Origin: a virus
Strand: one strand, 5' to 3'
IMG/VR virus record: IMGVR_UViG_3300032294_003343
Coordinates: 1-64,000 of that record
Length of the DNA: 64,000 nucleotides
Below are positions 17,908-26,900 of this stretch, piece after piece; the stretch's first letter is position 1; each line of letters opens with the position of its first letter. A program made the translations under genes and the position numbers. The notes under the pieces were generated by a model. That model made no database searches, had not been told where the DNA came from, and saw only the letters and a program-made list of their open reading frames with translations.

Positions 17908-19260
17908 TTATTCAACAACAAACGCATTAGGATTAGAAACACATTCTTTTCCTATGAATACTTTTTTTGGATTTGGATGATTCATTCCCAATAATTCAAA
18001 TGCTGCACTAGAAATTGAGGCCTTAACAATAGAATTCAATGCTCTGGTTCCTGTGCCGGACTTTATAGCCTTTTCTACTACTTCGTCATAGTAGTTTTCA
18101 TCAAATTCAAGCTTTACATTTGATTCAGCAAACATAATCTGATTTTTAATAATTGGTGAGTCATCTAATTGCAAAAGACAGTAAAGCATTTGTTCTTTTG
18201 ATAGCGGAACCAAAGGTACAATTGATTGAATCCTTCCCACAAATTCAGTGGACATACCATATTCAATCAAGCTCTCAGCTAAAATTTCGTGGGAAGCCTG
18301 ATTGTAAATTTCATAGTTTTTAATTTGACTGTCGTAATCAGCAGTTTTGGTTTTTCTGAAACCAATAGTGCCTTCAGTTAAGCCAAGCTTTTTAGCAACA
18401 ATCTTTTCCAAGCCGTTAAAAGCACCACCAAAACAAAACAAAATACTAGATGTGTCTACTACAATTGGTGGTGTACCTTGTTCTCCAAGAGCAGATGAAT
18501 TTACTTTAACCTTCTTGCCTTCAATAAGTTTGAGTAATGTGCTTTGTGTCGAATAATGAAAACTTTCTAGTCTAGTAGCAGCACTCATATTAGATGCTAA
18601 TTTATCAATTTCATCAATAAAAACTACACCTTTTTCTGCTAATCCAGGTTCACCATTTGATTTCACCAAAAGATCAGTAATTACAGAGTCTGCATCAGAT
18701 CCTTGAAAGCCTGTGGGAGAAAAGGATGTTGCATCTCCAGAAACATATGGAACATCAAGATAACTAGATATAGTATTAACAATCAAAGTCTTTCCGCTTC
18801 CAGAAGGACCTAAAAAGAGTATATTTTGCTTATCATTTAACCTATGATGAACAACATTCCGCATATGCTCAAAGACTGCAATACTAATTCTTTTTTTAGC
18901 ATTTTCTTGACCAACAACTTTTTGATTCAAATTCTCGTACAGATCTTGAGGGGCTACTTTCTTAAATGTATTTAATTTTTTTTCAAATAAGAATTTTTTA
19001 GACAAAGGGGCTACTTCGGCTAACTTCTCTTTAAGGCTTATCACTGGAGCTTCATCTTCTGCATTGATAATCAAAGACATAATGTTTTGATGTATTTGAA
19101 GCTGTCCGAACTTATTTCCAGTTTTATAACTTTTAAAACATTGATCACAAAGATAAATTTTTGCTATTCTCTGCTCAAATATTTCTAATTCACCCAGAAC
19201 ATCTTTAGTGGCAGGTCTATCGCAAAAATTACAGGTGTGAACTAATGTCTTCTTATTCAT
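17908..19260 (-). CDS. clpX: ClpX-like AAA+ unfoldase (divergent)
   Basis: CxxC...CxxC zinc domain, 'VVGQENAK', Walker A GPSGSGKT, Walker B 'FIDEIDK', 'LLKLIEG', 'ILFCFGGAF', IGF loop, 'EFVGR', 'TGTRAL'; AGGAGG SD and TATAAT at 19278-19283. Confidence 0.92.
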   Translation of the reverse strand: MNKKTLVHTCNFCDRPATKDVLGELEIFEQRIAKIYLCDQCFKSYKTGNKFGQLQIHQNIMSLIINAEDEAPVISLKEKLAEVAPLSKKFLFEKKLNTFKKVAPQDLYENLNQKVVGQENAKKRISIAVFEHMRNVVHHRLNDKQNILFLGPSGSGKTLIVNTISSYLDVPYVSGDATSFSPTGFQGSDADSVITDLLVKSNGEPGLAEKGVVFIDEIDKLASNMSAATRLESFHYSTQSTLLKLIEGKKVKVNSSALGEQGTPPIVVDTSSILFCFGGAFNGLEKIVAKKLGLTEGTIGFRKTKTADYDSQIKNYEIYNQASHEILAESLIEYGMSTEFVGRIQSIVPLVPLSKEQMLYCLLQLDDSPIIKNQIMFAESNVKLEFDENYYDEVVEKAIKSGTGTRALNSIVKASISSAAFELLGMNHPNPKKVFIGKECVSNPNAFVVE

Positions 19261-19344
19261 ATTTTTCCCTCCTAAATATTATACAGATAGGTAGGATATA
19301 TGCCATTCGGCAAATAATATTATATTCGCTTTGGAGGAAAAAAT

Positions 19345-19578
19345 ATGGCAACAGTTGATAATAATTCACAAAATAGAGGCAATGGAAAGTGGAAAATTCA
19401 AACCTACAATCCATCAGCACTTATAGGACCAATTGAGGGTGTTCTTATAGTGAATAAAGATTTCTACACTATTTACAAAGATGAAAAAATGGTGATATGT
19501 TTATTCAATGTTCCTAGCCAGAATGTAGCTTTTGCATATAACGAAATTCACGTACAAAATTTAGATATAAGTAAATAA
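19345..19578 (+). CDS. Hypothetical protein
   Basis: GGAGG SD, 77-aa ORF, first of a coupled run. Confidence 0.7.
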   Translation: MATVDNNSQNRGNGKWKIQTYNPSALIGPIEGVLIVNKDFYTIYKDEKMVICLFNVPSQNVAFAYNEIHVQNLDISK

Positions 19579-19579
19579 T

Positions 19580-19843
19580 ATGAGCCAAGAACCAGAAAAG
19601 CAAAATCCAACATACGAAATGAAGATCATAAAGATTGATGGCGAGAATGCTATCAGGAGACTTTGTGCCCTTCAAAAAAACTACAATCCTTCTGAAGTAG
19701 AAGTAAGTAGAAAATTGAAAAGATTATTTAAGTATTTGGAAGAAAGCTACGGTTCAATTGCAAACGTGAGATTATATTCAAAAGGAATGAGTTTGCAGCC
19801 AATCATTACAGAAGCTGTTTATCATTTATTTGGCAAAAAATAA
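19580..19843 (+). CDS. Hypothetical protein
   Basis: 87-aa ORF starting 1 nt after the previous stop. Confidence 0.65.
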   Translation: MSQEPEKQNPTYEMKIIKIDGENAIRRLCALQKNYNPSEVEVSRKLKRLFKYLEESYGSIANVRLYSKGMSLQPIITEAVYHLFGKK

Positions 19844-19849
19844 TGAGAG

Positions 19850-20449
19850 TTGAATACATTAATTGAAATTTCCAATAAAATAACTCAATGCTCTCAAAAT
19901 GATCGTTTGGAAATAATTATCAGTTTGAGAGCTTTTTTATTTGACAGTCCTGTATATTACTGGATAGATTTTACATATTCAGATGATTATGAAAAAGACT
20001 TAATAAACTGTCAAATCCTAAATCCAAATCTTTACAAAAAAATCAATGAAGATAACATAAAAAAGATTGGAATAAAACCTATTGATTTATTTTTATTACC
20101 CAAAAATAAGAAGCTATATCTAATAAATCTTATTGAAGAAATTTTTGAAGATTTACAGCTTAAAGTAGTTTACGATAAAATACGTCTTAACCCATTTTAT
20201 GAAGATGTGCTTTTCAATTTCATAAAAGATCACCAAGATCAATTTTCCAAAAATATATTTGATACTTACAAGACAAGGAACAAAGATCTTAATTATTTGT
20301 TAGAAGAAGCAAATATTGAGCATCAAATTTACGAAACTTGTTTTATCATTGCTAGAAAAAATAAAATTATCGATTATTGGACAAATATTTGGGGTGGGTC
20401 TACAAATTACAAAGATTCAACATTGATCGAACACCTTATCATAAAATGA
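19850..20449 (+). CDS. Hypothetical protein (very AT-rich)
   Basis: 199-aa ORF, TTG start, ATGA overlap with the next gene. Confidence 0.65.
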   Translation: MNTLIEISNKITQCSQNDRLEIIISLRAFLFDSPVYYWIDFTYSDDYEKDLINCQILNPNLYKKINEDNIKKIGIKPIDLFLLPKNKKLYLINLIEEIFEDLQLKVVYDKIRLNPFYEDVLFNFIKDHQDQFSKNIFDTYKTRNKDLNYLLEEANIEHQIYETCFIIARKNKIIDYWTNIWGGSTNYKDSTLIEHLIIK

Positions 20450-21018
20450 AAGCATTCTTAACATTTGCTAGAAGAAAAGAAGATGATGTGCATATGTTAG
20501 GTATTGAAAATCCAACTAACATTTGCGATATTTTGTTTGTAGGTTTGAGGTCTGGTCAGCCTATTCTTCCAATACTTTCAAATAATAAAATTGTTGCTTT
20601 CTATATTTTAGATATTGAGGGTAATTTATATCAAATCGTTGGTGATAGTGATCTTTTATTTGAATTAGATCAACTGACAGATTTATCTTTGAAAAACTTA
20701 CAAAAATATAATTTAATAAAATATTTTGTTTCGCACGTTTTTCAATGTTTGTCTATACAAGAAGCAAAATATAATGCAGAAATCTTTGAGTTATTAGAAG
20801 AAAAAATTTTTTATAATTTATTGCATATTGAAATTGAATTGTTGAAAATCAGACCCGCAATAATTAAAGAAATAAAAAAATCAGAATTGTCTGATGTATT
20901 GAAAGATAGGTTATTGTTTTGTTTGAAACAAGTAAAAAACCCTAACAAAAAGATACTTAATAAAAAGATTGATGTAGATTTATCCGGGTATTCTATTTAC
21001 ATCAATGCCCTTGTTTAA
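20446..21018 (+). CDS. Hypothetical protein (very AT-rich)
   Basis: ATG 20446 overlaps the previous TGA; 3' end overlaps the convergent gene by 39 nt. Confidence 0.65.
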   Translation: MKAFLTFARRKEDDVHMLGIENPTNICDILFVGLRSGQPILPILSNNKIVAFYILDIEGNLYQIVGDSDLLFELDQLTDLSLKNLQKYNLIKYFVSHVFQCLSIQEAKYNAEIFELLEEKIFYNLLHIEIELLKIRPAIIKEIKKSELSDVLKDRLLFCLKQVKNPNKKILNKKIDVDLSGYSIYINALV

Positions 21019-21480
21019 TAATCTTTGAACTTCTGCTTCATTAAATCTCAAAGCAGTTTCATGGCATTTGGGGCAGCAATTATCACTCTTTTGCCAAACT
21101 CTTTTACCATCTCTTACTCCAGGCGTTGAAAGAATAGGTAAGGTTTCAATATAACAATGACATCTATCATGAAGTGGTGGTAATTGAATCAATGCTGTTG
21201 GATCATTTTCAATCTTCTGAACATTGTCTTGTAAATCTTCAGGTGTAAAATTATCGTCCCCTGAAGGATCATCTACTGAAATTTCAAGAGGGTTAGGTGG
21301 TCCAGACTCATCACCCATTTGTTCGTCTCTTTCTTCAGGTAAATCTTCTGCTGGTAATTCTAAAGGAGTTTCTGCAGTTTCGTTCTCATCTGCATCTTCA
21401 TCGGCAAATAAACTAAACTTACGATCTCCAGAAATAGGAAGACCAAACATATTATATTTTTTAGCAAGTCGATACCACAT
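20980..21480 (-). CDS. Acidic protein with MuF-like Cys/His motif, possible head-associated protein
   Basis: 'PPLHDRCHC' resembles the MuF/SPP1 gp7 PPxHPxCRC motif; 'W..SDNCCPKC' follows; begins MWYRLAK. Confidence 0.55.
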   Translation of the reverse strand: MWYRLAKKYNMFGLPISGDRKFSLFADEDADENETAETPLELPAEDLPEERDEQMGDESGPPNPLEISVDDPSGDDNFTPEDLQDNVQKIENDPTALIQLPPLHDRCHCYIETLPILSTPGVRDGKRVWQKSDNCCPKCHETALRFNEAEVQRLLNKGIDVNRIPG

Positions 21481-21516
21481 ATTTGTTTTATTCTCAATTT
21501 CTTTTATAACAGCCTT

Positions 21517-22506
21517 ATGACAAATGAATTTGATCCTAAAAAAATTATTGATTTTGATAAAGATTATTATGAAATTTTAGGATTACAAAAACTTGATTTT
21601 CCTATTGGTAAATCAAGAGCAGATGTTATAAAAACTTCTGAAATTCTTGAAAAAGCATTCCGTGTAAAAGCAAGAAAATGCCATCCTGATTTTGGCGGGT
21701 CTAATGAAGCCTTTTTGGATATTGTTAGAGCGAGAAGAATATTAGAAGATCCATTATTGAGAAAAATCTATGATCAAGGTTTTTTTGAAGAATATACCCT
21801 TGTAGATGAGAACGATAGTTTTAAAGTAGATTGGGCAAAAATCGGGACCTATCGCAAGGGTACACCAGAAGACACTATTGGATTTAGTTTATTTTTGCAA
21901 CTCTGTGATGTGAAAAAAGATTTAGGATTAGTGCCAGCTTTTTTCCCAACAACTAATGAACACAATTACGAGTGGGATTTTGTCATAGAAGGACAAGAAA
22001 AAACAAAATTAGTTATTTCTATCGTAAATGATGAAAATGAAGTGCTGAGATTGACATCAAATGAAGATGTAGAAAAAGCATTACCATTTAAAATTTATAT
22101 TTGTATTCCTAAAGCCAACTTAGTTTTTGTAAGGGAAGAAAATTCTGTTTTATCTCCTGATGGTAAAACTCTAGTAAATGGAAATATCACTAAAGCAGGG
22201 TACAACGATTTAGATTTACTTGAAACAACAAATTTAGATACAGCAAACGATTACATAAAACATAAATTAAAAACAGATTTGATCAAATTTTACAATGGGG
22301 AACTAAAGCCAACAATCAAAGCAAACCAAGCCAAGATGATGGACAGTGATGAAATGAAAAAATTTGACAAAGATAAACTTTCTGAAATATTAAACATTAG
22401 AAAATTTATTTTTGATAATGACGAAAAAGCAGCTGAATTTTTAGAAAATATAGATAATAAAAGACCTGTTTTTAAGAAATCAGCAAAGCCTGAATTACCT
22501 TTTTAG
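21517..22506 (+). CDS. Class C J-domain protein
   Basis: 'DYYEILGL...AFRVKARKCHPDFGGSNEAF..I..A..IL.DP..RKIYD' with intact HPD; ~230-aa unknown C-terminal region. Confidence 0.85.
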   Translation: MTNEFDPKKIIDFDKDYYEILGLQKLDFPIGKSRADVIKTSEILEKAFRVKARKCHPDFGGSNEAFLDIVRARRILEDPLLRKIYDQGFFEEYTLVDENDSFKVDWAKIGTYRKGTPEDTIGFSLFLQLCDVKKDLGLVPAFFPTTNEHNYEWDFVIEGQEKTKLVISIVNDENEVLRLTSNEDVEKALPFKIYICIPKANLVFVREENSVLSPDGKTLVNGNITKAGYNDLDLLETTNLDTANDYIKHKLKTDLIKFYNGELKPTIKANQAKMMDSDEMKKFDKDKLSEILNIRKFIFDNDEKAAEFLENIDNKRPVFKKSAKPELPF

Positions 22507-22581
22507 TAGGGCTTGAGAAGCATAAAAAAGAAAACAATACTGTGATCATAAAATCAACAAAAATGCGAGGAGACCAATAAT

Positions 22582-23949
22582 TTGGCAAAGCATATTTACA
22601 TCATCGACACTTGTGTCTTACTTCACGATCCCCTTGCTCTTTACAAATTCGGTGACAATGATATTTATATACCATTAGCTGTCATCGATGATATGGACGA
22701 CATCAAGACAAGAAAAGAAAATGTTGGATGGTCAGCCAGACAAGTATTTAGAAATTTAGAACATTATTCACTTCAAGATCTTCTTAAAGGCGTAAAAATA
22801 AACGAACTTGGTGGAAGATTGTTTGTCTACAATACAGAGTCTCCTTTACAAAAAAACGAAAGACCTAATATTGTCAAGGTTCATTCTGACAACGCTATTA
22901 TTGAGTGTTGTTTAGCCCTTAAATCTGCTAATCCTAGAAAGAAAGTAGCTATTATCACCAAGGATACAGGACTTCGTATCCGTGCAATTACTTGGGGTTG
23001 TGCTGCTGAAAATTACAGAGCTGATCAACTCAGTGATGAAATTTACACAGGTATCAGAAAGTTTGAAATAAGTAGCGAAACAGATTGGGCATTGCTTTGG
23101 TCTGATTATGAAATTGAACTTAAAAAATTATCTGAAGAAACAGTAACTAAGCTTGGTGATATTTTCCCAAATGAATTTATTTTATTTCACTACGGAGATA
23201 AAATCTGCCCAGCTATTTACAGAAGAGGTATCTTAAAAGTTCTCAAGGAAAAATCAAATGCCAAAGAAGTAAAGGGATACTCCGGTGTTCAAGGGAAAAA
23301 TTTAGAGCAAAAATGTGCTTTAGAAATTCTTGCTGATCTTACTATTCCTCTTGTAACTCTTTCTGGCCCAGCAGGTACAGGTAAATCATTCTTGGCTCTT
23401 GCAGCTGCATTACAAATGATTAACGAAGGTATTTATGACAAAATTGTTGTTATGAAACCTCTTATCGCTGTAGGTGGAAAAGACATTGGTGCTCTTCCTG
23501 GTGATAAATTTGACAAGATTTCTGCTTGGTTAGGTCCAATCAAAGATAATATCGATCAAATCTTAGGTTCCAAGTCACTTTCTGCCAACAATATGTTTGA
23601 AGAAATGGTACGTGACGGCATTATTGAAGTTGAAGCAATGGCTTTCATTCAAGGACGTTCCATACCAAGATCTATCATTATTCTTGATGAAGCTGAAAAC
23701 ATTTCACCTAGAGAAGCAAGGATGGTAGTAGAAAGATGCGGAAAAGACAGTAAAGTCATCCTTCTTGGCGATCTTTCTCAAGTAGAAAATCCTTATCTCG
23801 ATGCCAAATCAAATGGTCTTTCTCACGCTATATCTGGTGGAAAGAAAAGTGATTTAGTCGCTTCTGTAACATTAAGTAAAGTCGAAAGATCCGAATTGGC
23901 TGCTGTGGCTAGTGAAATTTTCAATAGACCAGAAGCTAGAAGAAATTAA
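22582..23949 (+). CDS. phoH: PIN-PhoH (PhoH2-type) ATPase/RNase
   Basis: PIN motifs 'IIDTCVLLHDP', 'SDNAII', 'ITKDTGLRIRA'; GPAGTGKS; 'IGALPG', 'IQGRS', 'LDEAEN', 'GDLSQ', 'ERSELA'. GAGGAG SD before TTG. Confidence 0.93.
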   Translation: MAKHIYIIDTCVLLHDPLALYKFGDNDIYIPLAVIDDMDDIKTRKENVGWSARQVFRNLEHYSLQDLLKGVKINELGGRLFVYNTESPLQKNERPNIVKVHSDNAIIECCLALKSANPRKKVAIITKDTGLRIRAITWGCAAENYRADQLSDEIYTGIRKFEISSETDWALLWSDYEIELKKLSEETVTKLGDIFPNEFILFHYGDKICPAIYRRGILKVLKEKSNAKEVKGYSGVQGKNLEQKCALEILADLTIPLVTLSGPAGTGKSFLALAAALQMINEGIYDKIVVMKPLIAVGGKDIGALPGDKFDKISAWLGPIKDNIDQILGSKSLSANNMFEEMVRDGIIEVEAMAFIQGRSIPRSIIILDEAENISPREARMVVERCGKDSKVILLGDLSQVENPYLDAKSNGLSHAISGGKKSDLVASVTLSKVERSELAAVASEIFNRPEARRN

Positions 23950-23963
23950 TATTGGTAGTATAA

Positions 23964-26900
23964 ATGTCCCACGCTTTCATTTGGTCTGAAGTAAACGCTG
24001 ATAATTCACAATCTGAAATCTCAAGAGAAATTTCAAGTGCTGGATTTGGTACTAACATATCTGGCACTTGGAATAAAAAGTTATTCAGATTAAAATGGAT
24101 CAACACTAATGTCGATGATATTAGACTTTGGATTGATAATGAGTTTGCGGACATTTATACAAACCAACATTACCCAATTATAAAAAATACAGATAATATA
24201 AAGCTTTTGCAAGACTTAGGCTTTGATATAAGATTTACTTTATTTGATTCTTTTATTATCAATAAATTAAATGCAGACGTAGCCACATCAACAAATTTAT
24301 CTGCAGCTTCAATTGGTGGAACAAGTGTCATTTTTGCACCAACTTATGTAGATGGTGTAAAACTTGACAGTAATAAAATTGTTTTAGTTAAATCACAAAC
24401 TTCTGCATTCCAAAACGGTCTATATAGAGTTTCTTCTCAAGTTGGCAGTGGAACTATCGGAGCTATTGTTGCAGAGGATATTCTAACTGCTGGACGTGTT
24501 GCATCTGTAGGCAGCTCATCATTTTATTTGTATAGTCCTTATTTGAATCCTTATGAAACAGCTTCGGCTGGTTCAACTGAATTTATATGGGTCGATAGAA
24601 CAAATAGATATGCTTTAGTACCTGTGCAATGTGCTACTTCTTCAAATTTACAGCAATCATCAACTGGTTTAACTAGTTCGTCAGTTGTGATAGACAATTT
24701 CATCTTGTCAACAAATGACAGAGTGTTAGTGAAAGATCAAACAACCAAATCTCAAAACGGTATATACTACGTCTCTAGTTTGACAAGGCCAAATTCATCT
24801 TCGCTTTTTAACCCTTACACAAGCACTGATCCCGCTGATGATTATTGGAAAACAGCAATAAATTATATAAATGCAAATGTTCCTGTAAATGTTCAATATA
24901 TAAATGCTGGTGTTGCTAAAAGTGGTGGTTATTTTAGATTTTATTCTGCAATAGGATTGACTGGTGGTATAGCATCTACTGCTACGATGAAATGGTCCGA
25001 TGCAACATACAATTATGGCAACACAAACGTTGATTATTATTATGAGATAACATCAGGAAGCGCAATTGGATTTAGCTACGACTTTGGTTCTAACACTGGA
25101 ACCTTAACAAGTACGCCAAGAACAATCACAAATTATTCGGGTGTAGCTACTACTCTGTCTAATTCAAACAGAATTTTAGTAAAACATTATAACCAAAATT
25201 TTAGTGGCATATATTCTGTATCTAATGTTGGATTTGGCAGCACTGGCTATTGGGTAAGAGCATCAGACTTTGATACCACTGCAGAAATTAATAATACGGT
25301 AGTATATGCAGCAAATTCTCGCAATTCATTGGGCGGTAATATTTGGTATTTGGGAAAATCTACTACTTATAATTCAAATTTCAAGATGAATTTTGATGGA
25401 ATTATAATCCAAGAAAGATTTTATCCATATACTTATGAACCTGTAACAAACCTGATTGTCAATAATCAAACTGACTTGACTAATGTCAATGAGGTTGATT
25501 TTATCAACTCTGGAATTGCCATTTCACAAAGAGTATTAGTTGCTGGACAAACTACATATCCAGCACAAAATGGAATTTACAAAGTATCTTCAGTTTGTGA
25601 TACTGTTTTTGGATTGGAGTTCTCTACAGATTATTCAGTTCTTAGAGGTAGTGTTGCCACAATCGCTAATGGCAATACGGGTGCTGGTACTACTTATTTC
25701 TTATATGCGCCCGGAAGTTCAACAGCATCAGGATCAGTGGGTGTTACTTGGGTAAATATTACAAATCAAAACTATCTTTTTGTCACCGCATCAACCACTA
25801 AAGACAAGTTTAGTTCAACATATTTATCCCCTACTGATTTTGATGTTCCAGTGGCTATTGGTACATCGGTATTGGTCAATACCAGTAATGAATTAGTAAA
25901 TGGTGTTTATTCAGTTAGTGCAATTGGAAATTCAACCAAACAAGTATTCAAGTACGATGATAATCTTTCATTATGGACTCAAAACATATTTTCAAATATT
26001 CTGTCTAGTAATGGAAATGGGACTTATGCAATATCACCAAATTTGAAAAAACAAATTTCTGGTATCATGCAAGTTGCTTCTGTTGCTTCAACACATTATG
26101 GCGAAATATTTGTTCCAGAAGTATTATTTCCATCATTTCAAAATTATGAAAATTATTTTAGCTCTGAAGGCAAAGGTAGTTCTATTCTTCAAGAGCTGGA
26201 TTATGATTGGTATGAGCAAGACTATCAAAAATACAATGTAAAAGCTGTTTTATTTGTAAACTCACTTTCTTCACTTCCTACAACATCAGGTACTGCCATT
26301 TCTAGTCTGATTAGAAGCACATCTGGAACTGGTAGAACAATTTTACAAAGTAATGATAGTGTTTTAGTTTTTGTTGGTTCCGGCTATTCTTCCTCTAGTG
26401 TTTCAAATGGTATCTTTAGACCAACATTTACTGGAATAGGTAGCGTTTATTTTACACCTCATGAAGATTTTTATTATAATACAAAATTCACTTTAGGATT
26501 AGATCAAAAATCTTTAGCTTCACCTTATGAAAGACCGACTTTAGTAAAAATTGATTATGGCTACATGGGGGCTGGAACAACTTTCTCATATGATAAAGTT
26601 TATATGCAAGGTGAAGTTGGGATAAGAATAGGCACATTTGCTAGTGATTATGCTTCAACAGATTTAGATAAATATTTACATACTGGATCAGAAGTTTACT
26701 ATCAAGGATCAGAAATAAGACTGAATGCTAATCCTTTAGATTTACCTAAATTCCCAAGAACAGCTCCTATACAACACATATTGGCTGCTGATACAACATT
26801 AGATACTGTCAATCAAGATATATTGATTGTTAGAAGAAATGGCGTTGAATTATTTAGTTTACGTTCAGGCGACGCTGTTCAATACCCATATGAAATAAAT

